64,000 bases of DNA. It comes from Candidatus Dormiibacterota bacterium (GTDB lineage Bacteria > Chloroflexota > Dormibacteria > Aeolococcales > Aeolococcaceae). Positions 28,592 through 38,435 of this stretch are shown here, one piece after another. The position numbers and the translations under genes are program-made. Numbering within the stretch: the stretch's first letter is position 1; every line of letters begins with the position of its first letter. Location of the stretch: contig CAVZQR010000011.1 of the NCBI GenBank assembly GCA_963777445.1, positions 3,697-67,696 of the forward strand. The letters run 5' to 3'. The notes below the pieces were generated by a model. That model did not search any database, was not told where the DNA came from, and saw nothing but the letters and a program-made list of their open reading frames with translations.

Positions 28592-29493
28592 GTGGTATCG
28601 AAGCCGCGGGGCTCGGCAAGCGCTACCGTTCGCGCTGGGCGCTTCGCGATTGCAACCTGCGCGTCCCTCGCGGGCGAATCGTCGCGCTGGTGGGGCCGAA
28701 CGGCAGCGGGAAGACCACCCTGCTGCACCTCGCCGCCGGGCTGATCCGACCCACTGCGGGCGATATCACCATCGACGGGGCGGTCCCCGGTCGGGACCCG
28801 GGACTCGTTTCGAGGGTGGGCCTGGTCGCGCAGGATGTCCCGCTCTACCCGCGATTCACGGTCAAGGAGACGCTCGAGCTCGGGCGGCGTCTCAACCCCG
28901 GATGGGAGGACGCCGTCGCGCGAACGCGTATCGACCAGCTCGGCATTCCAGAGGGGCAGCGTGTCGGTGAGCTCTCCGGAGGCCAGCGAGCGCAGGTCGC
29001 CCTGGCGCTCGCGCTTGGGAAACGCCCCGAGGTGCTGCTGCTCGACGAGCCGCTTGCCAACCTCGACCCCCTGGCGCGCCGCGCATTCATGCAGACCCTG
29101 CTTGAATGTGCAGCTGATACCGGCGTCACGGTCGTGCTGTCGTCGCACCTCGTGGCCGATCTCGAGCGCACCTGCGACTATCTGATTCTGCTTGCGTCCT
29201 CGCGCGTCCAGGTTGCCGGGGATATCGACGAGCTGCTCGGTAGCCATCGCGTGCTGACCGGGGTTCGCTCCGAAGTGCGGCGCATCGCCGGCGTCGTCTC
29301 GATCGTGGAGGAGCAGCACACTGACCGGCAGACCACGCTGCTGGTGCGCACCGACGGCCCGGTCACCGATCCGTCGTGGTCCTCGGAGAGCATCAATCTC
29401 GAGGATCTGGTCCTCGCATATCTCGGCCACCCCTCGGTGTCGGCGTTGCCGCCACCACGGATTGCGGTGGCAGCGGGCGAGGCCGGGTCGTGA
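28588..29493 (+). CDS. ABC transporter ATP-binding protein
   Basis: GPNGSGKTT, LSGGQ, LLLDEP, SSH; 4-bp overlap with gntR. Confidence 0.92.
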   Translation: MSGIEAAGLGKRYRSRWALRDCNLRVPRGRIVALVGPNGSGKTTLLHLAAGLIRPTAGDITIDGAVPGRDPGLVSRVGLVAQDVPLYPRFTVKETLELGRRLNPGWEDAVARTRIDQLGIPEGQRVGELSGGQRAQVALALALGKRPEVLLLDEPLANLDPLARRAFMQTLLECAADTGVTVVLSSHLVADLERTCDYLILLASSRVQVAGDIDELLGSHRVLTGVRSEVRRIAGVVSIVEEQHTDRQTTLLVRTDGPVTDPSWSSESINLEDLVLAYLGHPSVSALPPPRIAVAAGEAGS

Positions 29494-30494
29494 TCTGGCT
29501 CACCTGGCGCCAGCATCGTTTTCAGCTGCTGGCGGGCGCCGGCGCGCTGGTTGGCTTACTTGCTTTCCTCGTTCTCACCGGGGTTGGGATGCAGTCCTCG
29601 TTCACCGACTCGGGGCTGGCGGCCTGCCTCGCAAGCAACGCGACCAGCTGCTCGTCGCAGGCAGGCGCCTGGTCGAGCCAGTACGCCGGCTATCAATTCG
29701 TGATTCCGCTCTTCCTCGTTCTTCCCGGCATCCTCGGCGTGTTCTGGGGCGGTCCGCTCATCGCTCGAGAGTTCGAGCAGGGCACGCATCGGATGGTCTG
29801 GACACAGTCGGTCGGTCGGACGCACTGGCTGGCGGTCAAGCTGGCCGCTCTCGGGCTGGCCGTGATCGCCGGATCGATCGTGCTCACAGTCGTGCTGGAG
29901 TGGTGGTCCGGCCCCCTGGTGGCCGCCGCGGGCAACGATCGATTCATGCCGGGCGTCTTCGACCTGCTCGGGGTGGTTCCGCTCGCATACGGCGTGTTTG
30001 CGTTCGGGCTTGGTGTGGCGGCCGGCGCGATCATCGGGCGAACCGTTCCGGCGATGGGCGCCACGCTGCTGACATTTGCCGGGGCGCGAGTCCTGGTCGA
30101 GTTCGTGTTCCGCCCCAACTACGAGCAAGCGCTCACCGTCTCCTCCCAGCTGGCCGGCGGTGCGACGACGACCAAGTCGATGATGCCCGGCACATGGCAG
30201 ATGTCGGCCGAGACCGTGGACCGGGCGGGGCACCTGGTCGGGAGCGGCATGGGCATCGACTTCAACAAGGTCATCGGCGACTGCCCGAACCTCGCCGGTC
30301 CGGGGGGCGGCGGTCTTCCGAATCCGTCGAATATCGATGCCTGCATTCGACAGGCCGGCATCCACGTGATCGCGACCTATCAGCCGGCGGACCGCTACTG
30401 GCTGTTTCAGGGCATCGAGGCGGCCGTGTTCCTTGTGCTGGCAGCCGGGCTGGTCGCAGCGACGTTCTGGTGGATTCGCCGCCGGGCGCGCTAA
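29490..30494 (+). CDS. ABC-2 type permease
   Basis: IWLTWRQHR, GVFWGGPLIAREFEQGT, YQPADRYWLFQ; overlaps the ATPase stop codon. Confidence 0.85.
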   Translation: MIWLTWRQHRFQLLAGAGALVGLLAFLVLTGVGMQSSFTDSGLAACLASNATSCSSQAGAWSSQYAGYQFVIPLFLVLPGILGVFWGGPLIAREFEQGTHRMVWTQSVGRTHWLAVKLAALGLAVIAGSIVLTVVLEWWSGPLVAAAGNDRFMPGVFDLLGVVPLAYGVFAFGLGVAAGAIIGRTVPAMGATLLTFAGARVLVEFVFRPNYEQALTVSSQLAGGATTTKSMMPGTWQMSAETVDRAGHLVGSGMGIDFNKVIGDCPNLAGPGGGGLPNPSNIDACIRQAGIHVIATYQPADRYWLFQGIEAAVFLVLAAGLVAATFWWIRRRAR

Positions 30495-30536
30495 GCCCGG
30501 CGATGCGACCGAGGGGAGGGAGGGGCGGTACCGATG

Positions 30537-30577
30537 TTGACGCTTTCTCTAACGTGCGTCTACACTTACCGTAAGTG
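30537..30577 (+). promoter_or_regulatory. Sigma70-like promoter with ArsR operator over the start codon
   Basis: TTGACG-N18-TACACT; perfect palindrome CACTTAC-C-GTAAGTG (30563-30577) includes the GTG start. Confidence 0.65.
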
Positions 30578-30895
30578 ATAGCTAACCTAGAGCCGCTGAC
30601 CGTCCTCGGCGATCCGACGCGGCGGGCCATCTTCGAGCGCCTCGCCGCCGGCCCGATGCCCGTGGGTGCGATCGCCCGCGGCCTGCCGGTCAGCCGGCCC
30701 GCCGTCTCGCAGCATCTGCGTGTCCTGAAGCATGCGGGCCTGGTGATCGACCGGGCCGAGGCGAATCGGCGCTTCTACAGCATCGACCAGCGGGGCATCG
30801 CCGAGCTGCGCGCGTATTTCGAGCGATTCTGGGACCAGGCGCTCAGTGCGTTTCGGACAGCAGCAGAACAATCACCGGACAAGGAGGAGGTATGA
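30575..30895 (+). CDS. ArsR/SmtB family regulator
   Basis: LGDPTRRAIFERL...VSRPAVSQHLRVLK.AGLV. Confidence 0.9.
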   Translation: MIANLEPLTVLGDPTRRAIFERLAAGPMPVGAIARGLPVSRPAVSQHLRVLKHAGLVIDRAEANRRFYSIDQRGIAELRAYFERFWDQALSAFRTAAEQSPDKEEV

Positions 30896-31371
30896 CCACC
30901 CAGACAGCAGGAGCATCGGTTCGCGCATCGGTGCTTGTCGAGGCGCCGATCGCCCACGCGTTCATGGTCTTCACGGAGCGGATGGGCACGTGGTGGCCTG
31001 CGGATCACCACGTCCTCGAAGGCGAGCTGAGTGCGATGGTCTTCGAGCCGCGTATCGGCGGCCATATCTTCGACCGCGCCACCGACGGCACGGAGTCGCA
31101 CTGGTCGCGCGTGCTCGCCTACGACCCACCCCACCGGCTCGTCTTCAGTTGGGACGTCAGCATGCAATGGCAGATCGAGACCGACCCTGAGCGCACGAGC
31201 GAGGTCGAGGTCACCTTCGTCGCCGAGGGACCGAGCCGCACGCGCGTCGACCTCGAGCACCGCCGGCTCGACCGCCACGGCAGCGGCTGGGAGTCGATGC
31301 GCGACTCTGTAGGGGGAGACGAGGGCTGGCAGAAGGGCCTCAACGCCTTCGTGAAGGCGGCGGCCGCGTAA
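30892..31371 (+). CDS. SRPBCC (Aha1-like) domain protein
   Basis: AFMVFTE.MGTWWP, YDPPHRLVFSW, SEVEVTF, TRVDLEHR; typical ArsR-SRPBCC pair. Confidence 0.85.
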   Translation: MTTQTAGASVRASVLVEAPIAHAFMVFTERMGTWWPADHHVLEGELSAMVFEPRIGGHIFDRATDGTESHWSRVLAYDPPHRLVFSWDVSMQWQIETDPERTSEVEVTFVAEGPSRTRVDLEHRRLDRHGSGWESMRDSVGGDEGWQKGLNAFVKAAAA

Positions 31372-31380
31372 CGGAGATCG

Positions 31381-31415
31381 TTGGGGAGGAGCCGCCCGAA
31401 GGCGGCTCCTCCCAA
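31381..31415. terminator. Bidirectional hairpin terminator
   Basis: TTGGGGAGGAGCCGCC-CGAA-GGCGGCTCCTCCCAA between convergent genes. Confidence 0.75.
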
Positions 31416-31424
31416 CTGGTCACG

Positions 31425-33041
31425 TCAGCGAGGGCAGGGGTTGTTCGGCAGGTTCTTCTGGAAGTCGTTGTATGAGAACGAGGCAACGCCTCCAGGTCCG
31501 GTGTACGCGACCTTGAGCAGCTGCCCGTACTGCTGGTGCGCGCCGTAGTTGTTGGTGCTGAAGCCGGGGTACATCTGACCGACGGTCCACGCGCATCCAC
31601 CCAGCGCGGCGCCGGTGGTGTAGTACGGGTAGAACTGCGCCGGAGTCCCCTCGTCAGTCGGCGGGATGATCGTGCAGCCTGCGCCCGTGTTGTTGTCGCA
31701 CGTGCCGAGCTGACCCTCGATCGCCGGAAGGTCCGTGTTGAACCCGACCGACGAATAGTTGGTGTGGTAACCCTGCCCCGTGAGCGGGCTGGTGAAGATG
31801 AACGGGGTCGGGCGGGACGAGCTGCCGTTCGGCCAGTCGTTGAGGTACGGGGTCCCGTCGTAACCGACGTTGGATCCCTCGCAGGCACCGATCTTGATGA
31901 GGCCCGATGCCGATCCGGGCCAGCAGCCGTAGTCGTCGCCGTCCGCCGACTCGGTGTTGCTCCCGATGCCCTCATTGCCGATGCAGCCGCCCGTGGTGGC
32001 GTCAACCGAGCTGCAGTAGTCGAAGTGTCCGATCTCGGTGTCGAACGCCACGTTGTAGGTTGCCGCCGCCCACGGAACGGTGGTCTGGGTGCTGGAGGTG
32101 GCGTACATCGGATGGAAGTTGTACGGGATGTTCTTGCACTGGGTCGAGGGGCTGGGTGCGAACTTCACCTGGCCGAAGCCGTTGGCGGCGCTTGCCGTCA
32201 TCGAGCCGGAGGTGCCATTGGTGGTGTCCTTGACGACCGCCTGGAGGCCGCTTGGCGTGTCATGCAGCGTCACCGCGAACGTGTCGCCCTGGTTGAGGAA
32301 CTCGACCTTGTGCGGGTCGGGTGTTCCGGACGCGAGCGCCTGGAACTGCACGGGGTTCGGCGGCCCCTGGGGCTTGCCGCTGTGGGTGAGGTAGGCGAAG
32401 TTCACATACTCCTCGCCGACCAGGCTCTCGCAGGTCGAGTTGAGCTGCTGACCGGTCAGCGAGTTCAGAGCGAGACTGTCGATCGTCAAAGCGACGCACC
32501 ACTGAGTGGGGGCGCAGCTGTACCCGTTCCACTGCTGCACGTATCCCGGGGGATAGAACTGCAGCTCCATATACGCGGAGCCCGGGTGGTAGGGGCTCTT
32601 GGCCGCGTTCACGATGTTGACATTGCTGTCTGGAACGCAGGAGTTGACCAGCTCCGGATACGACTGCGAGTCGCACATCGCCATGCCGAACCAGAAGGCA
32701 GGCGTGTACTCGAAACTGTACACGTGCTTGCCTGGAACGTTGGTTGGAGACGGCTCAGTGGGCAGCACGCCGCTGTACTGCATCTCGTTGCCCGAGCCGT
32801 TCTTGTTCGAATAGAAGAGCACGCTGGGCTCGTCGTGGCCGACGTAGTGGCCGAAGACGGAATCCGAATCACGCACCTCGGTGCAGATGAACCGGTTGCC
32901 GTTGCTACAGTCGATGTGTGTCGGTGCCTTGGGGGCGGCCGACGACGCCGACGACGTGAGCCCACCGCCGGCCAGCGCCGCGGGCACGGCCAGGGCTGCT
33001 ACGAAGAGCGAGGCTGTGAACCTCCATCGAGGGTGTCCCAT
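31425..33041 (-). CDS. Secreted Cys-rich protein of unknown function
   Basis: RBS GGAGG, signal peptide, GHYVGHDEPS and AYMELQFYPPG motifs, 16 Cys. Confidence 0.8.
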   Translation of the reverse strand: MGHPRWRFTASLFVAALAVPAALAGGGLTSSASSAAPKAPTHIDCSNGNRFICTEVRDSDSVFGHYVGHDEPSVLFYSNKNGSGNEMQYSGVLPTEPSPTNVPGKHVYSFEYTPAFWFGMAMCDSQSYPELVNSCVPDSNVNIVNAAKSPYHPGSAYMELQFYPPGYVQQWNGYSCAPTQWCVALTIDSLALNSLTGQQLNSTCESLVGEEYVNFAYLTHSGKPQGPPNPVQFQALASGTPDPHKVEFLNQGDTFAVTLHDTPSGLQAVVKDTTNGTSGSMTASAANGFGQVKFAPSPSTQCKNIPYNFHPMYATSSTQTTVPWAAATYNVAFDTEIGHFDYCSSVDATTGGCIGNEGIGSNTESADGDDYGCWPGSASGLIKIGACEGSNVGYDGTPYLNDWPNGSSSRPTPFIFTSPLTGQGYHTNYSSVGFNTDLPAIEGQLGTCDNNTGAGCTIIPPTDEGTPAQFYPYYTTGAALGGCAWTVGQMYPGFSTNNYGAHQQYGQLLKVAYTGPGGVASFSYNDFQKNLPNNPCPR

Positions 33042-33193
33042 CGCGTCCTCCGTGAGTGGAGGTTTTAGAGGTCGCGGAGACCGGTCCCCCCACAGTGAAC
33101 GTCCACTCCTGCCGTTCCTGATCGCCCGCAGGCTAGCAGTGTTGTGCCCGGCGTCGCAACCGGCTGCCGACCGTGCCCCGAGATCGCCAGGAG

Positions 33194-34063
33194 TCAGCCC
33201 TCGCGGCCGCGGATCTGCACGCGGCCGGCGACCTCTCGAGTCTCGAATTGCGGTTGCGGAAATGTCGCGGGACCACCCAGCACCGCGCCGTCGCGAAGGC
33301 GGAATCGGGAACCGTGCCAGGGGCAGACGACGTCGCCGTCTGCGATGGTGCCTTCGTTCAAGGGACCACCAGCATGCGTGCAGGTGTTCTCGACTGCGCA
33401 CAGGGCACCGTCCACCCGTGTGAGCAGGATCTTGCGGTCGTCCACGTCCACCACCGTCGGTGCTCCCTCAGTCACGTCGTTGTCGTCGGCCACATCGGTC
33501 CACTCCGCGGGTCCGGACAGCCACGCGGTGTGGTTGACGGCGAGGGCTCGATCGAGCACCAGGTCGCCGCCAAGATATGCGGCTGCGGTCCCGGTGGCGA
33601 GCCCGACCACCGAAAGCAACCGGGCACGGCCTTTCCGTCCGCGCATGCGCGCGCCGAGCGATGCGAGTTGCAGGCCCAGGACGGCGGTGTTGACGAGCCC
33701 GTGGACCAACGCAAGCCGCCGATCGCGACCATAGGTGACCGACCAGTCGGCCGTTCCTGTTGCAGCGGTCGCGGCCGACGCGATGCAGCCAACGGCGGTG
33801 AGCATGGTCGCGCCGGCGTCGTCACCGATCAGGTCGAGGAGCGGCACGCTGGTCCACATCCCAAGCGGCACATCGCTCAGGGCCGGGTGGAGCGCGTGTC
33901 CGAGCCAGCGACCGTGGAGCAGATCCATCAGGGATCGCCGGCGGGTCAGTGGGTCGAGAGACTTGACGAGCCACTCGCTGAGGCTCTCCAGGCCGGGGAG
34001 CTCCTCGATGACCGCGACGACCTTCGCGTACGGGGGCTGGGAGTGTTCCCGCTGATCGCTCAC
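33194..34063 (-). CDS. DUF2231 membrane domain plus Rieske [2Fe-2S] protein
   Basis: LHGRWLGHALHPALSDVPLG; CTHAGGPL...CPWHGSRF. Confidence 0.88.
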   Translation of the reverse strand: MSDQREHSQPPYAKVVAVIEELPGLESLSEWLVKSLDPLTRRRSLMDLLHGRWLGHALHPALSDVPLGMWTSVPLLDLIGDDAGATMLTAVGCIASAATAATGTADWSVTYGRDRRLALVHGLVNTAVLGLQLASLGARMRGRKGRARLLSVVGLATGTAAAYLGGDLVLDRALAVNHTAWLSGPAEWTDVADDNDVTEGAPTVVDVDDRKILLTRVDGALCAVENTCTHAGGPLNEGTIADGDVVCPWHGSRFRLRDGAVLGGPATFPQPQFETREVAGRVQIRGREG

Positions 34064-34260
34064 TCTGATAACACTCGCACTCTCATGACACGCGGAAGCT
34101 TCTGGGTCGGCCCTCAGGCGTTTGCCGTCGCACAAGCGTACATGCCGTGTACCGAGTACAGCCGTCGGTCCACAGAGCCGAGGTGCGCAGGAGCGCTGAC
34201 GCCGTACCTGCCACTCGGGACCGCAGTTGGTCGCGCCGAGGGCGTGCGAGACTCGGTCGC

Positions 34261-34884
34261 GTGAACGCGCGGAGCCGGCTGGCCGTCTGCCTTGGCCTCG
34301 GAGTGATCGGCTTCGGCGTGGCGCTGGTGCTGACCGAGTGGCAGGTGGCGATCCTCGCCGGCTGGGATGTGACCTCCGCCGCGTTCATCCTCATCGTGTT
34401 CTTGGGGATTCGCGGCAAGGACGCCGCCGCGACGAAACGAGCCGCGGTCGGCGAAGACGACTCACGGACTGCATCCGAGGCGATTCTTGTCGGTGCGAAT
34501 ATCGCGAGCCTCGTGGGCGTGGCCTTCGCGCTGATCGCAGCGGGATCAACGCACGGGTTCATCAAGTCCGCGATCACCACGCTCGTCGTCCTGAGTGTCG
34601 TTCTGTCGTGGGCAGCCGTCCACGTGGTGTTCACGCTGCGCTATGCGCGGCTCTACTACGCAATCGGAAGCGGCATCAATTTCCATGCCGACCAGGCCCC
34701 CGACTTCAAGGACTTCCTGTACGTCGCGCTCACCATCGGCATGACGTTCCAGGTGTCTGACACAGATCTCAACGCCAAGGCGATTCGCATGACCGCGATC
34801 CGCCACGCACTTTTGTCATACCTGTTCGGTGTCGTCGTCTTCTCGACGACGATCAACGTCATCGCCACGCTGCTGGCCAAGTAG
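34261..34884 (+). CDS. DUF1345 membrane protein
   Basis: FTLRYARLYY, PDFKDFLYVALTIGMTFQVSDT, HALLSYLFG. Confidence 0.85.
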   Translation: MNARSRLAVCLGLGVIGFGVALVLTEWQVAILAGWDVTSAAFILIVFLGIRGKDAAATKRAAVGEDDSRTASEAILVGANIASLVGVAFALIAAGSTHGFIKSAITTLVVLSVVLSWAAVHVVFTLRYARLYYAIGSGINFHADQAPDFKDFLYVALTIGMTFQVSDTDLNAKAIRMTAIRHALLSYLFGVVVFSTTINVIATLLAK

Positions 34885-34948
34885 CTCGACCACCGCGGCA
34901 CGCGGTCGTGGCGCGCGGCCGACCTCACCGTAGTGCGCGGACAGGCGG

Positions 34949-34969
34949 TATCATCGAACAAATGTTCGA
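34949..34969 (+). promoter_or_regulatory. LexA (SOS/Cheo) box overlapping the -10 element and helicase start codon
   Basis: TCGAAC-AAAT-GTTCGA at 34954-34969; TATCAT at 34949-34954; ATG at 34962. Confidence 0.8.
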
Positions 34970-37028
34970 GTGGCTCGATCATCTGACCGACCCCCAGCGG
35001 GTTGCCGTCACCCATGAGGGCGGCCCGCTCAGAATCCTCGCGGGCGCCGGCACGGGGAAGACCACCACGCTCTCAGCCCGGGTTGCCTGGCTGCTGGCGA
35101 CCGGCGCGCTCCCTGAGCGTCTGCTCCTGCTCACGTTCACCCGGCGGGCGGCGCGGCAGATGCTTGCGCGCACCTCGTCGCTGATGAGTGCGGCAGGACT
35201 CGACCGCGGAGCCGGGTCCCCGGCAGGACGGGTGGTGGGGGGGACGTTCCATGCGATCGCGCATCGGACGCTTCGCCGCTACGCGGCTTCGCTGGGAATG
35301 CCGGAAGGGTTCTCGGTGCTCGACACGGCTGATGCGGCCGACGTCATCGACATGGTGCGTGACGAGCACGGGCATGCTGCATCGACAAACCGGCGTTTTC
35401 CCCGCAAGACGCTGCTCGTCGACCTGTACTCGGCTGCGGTGAACACCGGCCGGCCGTTGTCCGCGATCGTGCCCGAAATAGCGCCCTGGGCGGAGGACTT
35501 CATCGACCCCATCTCGGAGATCTGCCGGGCGTACGTTCGTCGCAAACGATCGGCGGGGCTGGTCGACCTCGATGACCTGCTGCTGTTCTGGCGCGCGGCC
35601 GTGCAGGACGATCGTCTCGGCCCCCGGCTCGCGAGCGCTGTCGACCACGTGCTGGTCGACGAGTATCAGGACGTCAACGGGCTCCAGGTGGACATCCTGA
35701 CCGGCCTCCGGCGCGCCGACCCGCGAATCACCGTCGTCGGCGACGATGCACAGGCGCTGTACTCGTTCCGCGCCGCCGAGCCGCGTCACATCCTCGAGTT
35801 CGACGGCGTCTTTCCCGGATCGACGACCGTCATCCTCGAGACGAACTACCGATCGAGCCAGCAGATCCTCGATGTCGCCAACGCGGTCGGAGCCGACGCG
35901 ACGGTCGGCTTCTCGGCGGTGCTCCAAGCGGCGAGGACCGGAGCCGGGATGGGCCCGCAGCTGGTGCGCTGCGCCGACGAGGACACCCAGACCGACGCTG
36001 TCTGCGACCGAATCCTCGCGCACCGCGAGGCCGGAGTCGCGCTGCACGAGCAGGCTGTGCTGGTGCGAGCTGCTCATCATTCGGCGCTCCTCGAGCTCGA
36101 ACTCGGCTTACGGCGAATTCCCTACGTCAAGTACGGCGGTCTGCGCTTCATCGAGGCTGCGCATGTCAAGGACATGCTCGCGGGGTTTCGCCTCGCCGAC
36201 AATCCCCGTGACGTCGTCGCCTGGTTCAGGCTGCTGCAGCTGATCGTGGGGGTCGGTCCTGCGACAGCGCATCGCGTGGTGGCCGAGCTCGGGCTCCTGG
36301 GCCCGGACGAGGTACCGCGGGAAGGGGACGTCCTGGAGTCTTGGGCACGCGCGTCCGAGCATCTGCCCGACGCCGCGCGACCGGCGGCGCAGGACCTCGT
36401 GATGGCGTTCAGGTCGCGCCCGGGGGAGGCGATTCCGACGCACGCCGAGCGGATCCGGGTGGCCGTCGCACCGCTGGTCGAGGCGGCATACCCGGCGGCG
36501 TCCGCGCAACTCGCCGACCTTGACACCCTGGTCGCCGCCAGCGCAAAGGTCGGGCGCCTCTCCGACGTTGCGGCCGACCACGTCCTCGAGCCGCCGCGGT
36601 CCACGGGAAACCTTGCCGGACCTCCGGTCATCGATGAGGACTGGCTGGTCATCTCGACCGTGCACTCGGCGAAGGGGCTCGAGTGGGACGTCGTTCATCT
36701 CCTGCACGTGACCGACGGCAACATTCCGTCGGACATGGCACTCGGTTCGCCCGCGGGCCTCGAGGAGGAGCGACGTGTCTTCTACGTTGCTTTGACGCGC
36801 GCCCGAAACGCGCTGCACCTGTACGTCCCGCAGCGTTATCACCATCACCCCAACGGGCGCGACGACCGGCACGGCTGGGCGCAGCCGTCCCGTTTCCTCT
36901 CTGAACGGGTCGTCTCGCGTTGCGAACAGCTGACCGAGACAGGCCGCCGGACGGACTCGATCGCGGCGATCCCGCGGGTTGACGCCGGCGAGCAGATCGG
37001 GGTGACGCTCGACGCGTTGTGGTCGTAG
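34962..37028 (+). CDS. UvrD/PcrA-like SF1 ATP-dependent DNA helicase
   Basis: AGAGTGKT, LTFTRRAA, VDEYQD, VGDDAQ, NYRS, STVHSAKGLEW, EEERRVFYVALTRAR. Confidence 0.92.
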   Translation: MFEWLDHLTDPQRVAVTHEGGPLRILAGAGTGKTTTLSARVAWLLATGALPERLLLLTFTRRAARQMLARTSSLMSAAGLDRGAGSPAGRVVGGTFHAIAHRTLRRYAASLGMPEGFSVLDTADAADVIDMVRDEHGHAASTNRRFPRKTLLVDLYSAAVNTGRPLSAIVPEIAPWAEDFIDPISEICRAYVRRKRSAGLVDLDDLLLFWRAAVQDDRLGPRLASAVDHVLVDEYQDVNGLQVDILTGLRRADPRITVVGDDAQALYSFRAAEPRHILEFDGVFPGSTTVILETNYRSSQQILDVANAVGADATVGFSAVLQAARTGAGMGPQLVRCADEDTQTDAVCDRILAHREAGVALHEQAVLVRAAHHSALLELELGLRRIPYVKYGGLRFIEAAHVKDMLAGFRLADNPRDVVAWFRLLQLIVGVGPATAHRVVAELGLLGPDEVPREGDVLESWARASEHLPDAARPAAQDLVMAFRSRPGEAIPTHAERIRVAVAPLVEAAYPAASAQLADLDTLVAASAKVGRLSDVAADHVLEPPRSTGNLAGPPVIDEDWLVISTVHSAKGLEWDVVHLLHVTDGNIPSDMALGSPAGLEEERRVFYVALTRARNALHLYVPQRYHHHPNGRDDRHGWAQPSRFLSERVVSRCEQLTETGRRTDSIAAIPRVDAGEQIGVTLDALWS

Positions 37029-37079
37029 GCTCCGAAGCACGACGCCACCACCGCCGGAAGCAGCCTATGCTGATTGCAG

Positions 37080-37229
37080 ATGAGTACCGAGCAGCAGGAT
37101 CGCAAGCCCGAGGATGAGGCGACCAAGGAGCAGGGTCAGGCGGACGACCGCCGGCGCAAGGACCAGGTCGAGAAGCTCGAGCGCGATCGTGCCGACGAGG
37201 CAGGGCGTCGCTCGCGTGAGGGTACCTGA
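37080..37229 (+). CDS. Small highly charged peptide (49 aa)
   Basis: MSTEQQDRKPEDEATKEQGQADDRRRKDQVEKLERDRADEAGRRSREGT; high-GC3 codons; fills the intergenic gap; below the ORF-track cutoff. Confidence 0.5.
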   Translation: MSTEQQDRKPEDEATKEQGQADDRRRKDQVEKLERDRADEAGRRSREGT

Positions 37230-37244
37230 CAGGCTCCTGAAGTC

Positions 37245-38426
37245 TCAGGTCGAGGGCGCGCGCGCAGTCCCCGCATGACTGGAAGGCGGAGCCGCTGACC
37301 TTCGCGCGAGCAGCAGCGATCCCAGGGTGGCGGGGATGAGCGTCAGGCACCCGCCCGCGACCAGGGCGGCCGCTTCGGCGGGTCCCAGGAGCCCCGAACT
37401 CAACCCGAGGCTCGCGGCAGCGGCCGGCATTCCCAACTGCGCGGACGCGGCCAATCCGGTGGCGATGTATCGCTCGTGACCCGCGACGCGTGCTGCGATG
37501 ACGTGGGTGATCACCGCGGCAAGTCCGAGACCGATCGCGAGCAGGATCCGCGACGGCGAGGTGAGCAGCGCCCGCAGGTCGAGCTCCGCCCCGAGGAGCA
37601 CGAAGAACAATGGCACGAAGAAGCCGTTTGCGACACCGGAGAACTGCAGGGCGAGCCGATCCGACTCATGCAATCGCACCAGCACCATGCCCGCCAGGAA
37701 TCCCGCGACGAGCGTGCTCGCGCCGGTCTCCTGCGCGATCGCCGAGAGGCCGAGGAGCAGCACGAGCGAGATGCGCACTTGCCATGCCCACCCGCGCTGC
37801 AAGGACTCGTTGCGCATCTGCTGCACGAAGCTCCTTCGACGCGACCGGGCCGCCAGGAACAGCACACCCACCCCCGCCGCAATGATCGCCGCATCGCCAC
37901 CGATCGCCTCAAGCGGATTCCCGGACTTGGCGAGCGTGAGCGGCATGATCACCACGGTCACCGAGTCGGCGAGCGCGACCCAGGCGATCAGGAAGGCGAC
38001 GTTGGGGCCGTCAAGCTTGCGCTCCTCGATGATCGGGAAGGCAATCGCCGCCGAGCTTCCGGTGACGATCACCGCGATCAGCGCCGGGTGACCGACACCG
38101 AGGGAATGGTCGAGCAGCAGGCCGATGGGCACGGCGGTGACGGCGACGACCGCGAGAGCGAGCAGGCCGCGCGCGAACCCCTGACGTATCGCCGGGGAGC
38201 CGATGTCCACGTGGGTCCCGGCGCTGAACATGAGCATCGCGAACCCGATGGCGCTGAGAACCGGCAGGGGCTGGGTCGCCGAGTTGATGACCCCGAACCC
38301 GGTATGACCCAGAACGAAGCCGGCGAAGAGCTCTCCGATCACGACTGGAATCAGCCCTCGCCGGCCGAACGCCAGCAGCGGGCCGGCCAGTCCCGCGAGC
38401 ACGAGGATCGTCAGCTGCGCGAACAT
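37245..38426 (-). CDS. Cation:proton antiporter (CPA2-like)
   Basis: PVVIGELFAG.VLG..G, LMFSAG, GFFVPLFFVLLGAEL; about 12 TM. Confidence 0.8.
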   Translation of the reverse strand: MFAQLTILVLAGLAGPLLAFGRRGLIPVVIGELFAGFVLGHTGFGVINSATQPLPVLSAIGFAMLMFSAGTHVDIGSPAIRQGFARGLLALAVVAVTAVPIGLLLDHSLGVGHPALIAVIVTGSSAAIAFPIIEERKLDGPNVAFLIAWVALADSVTVVIMPLTLAKSGNPLEAIGGDAAIIAAGVGVLFLAARSRRRSFVQQMRNESLQRGWAWQVRISLVLLLGLSAIAQETGASTLVAGFLAGMVLVRLHESDRLALQFSGVANGFFVPLFFVLLGAELDLRALLTSPSRILLAIGLGLAAVITHVIAARVAGHERYIATGLAASAQLGMPAAAASLGLSSGLLGPAEAAALVAGGCLTLIPATLGSLLLARRSAAPPSSHAGTARAPST

Positions 38427-38435
38427 CGCGAGATC

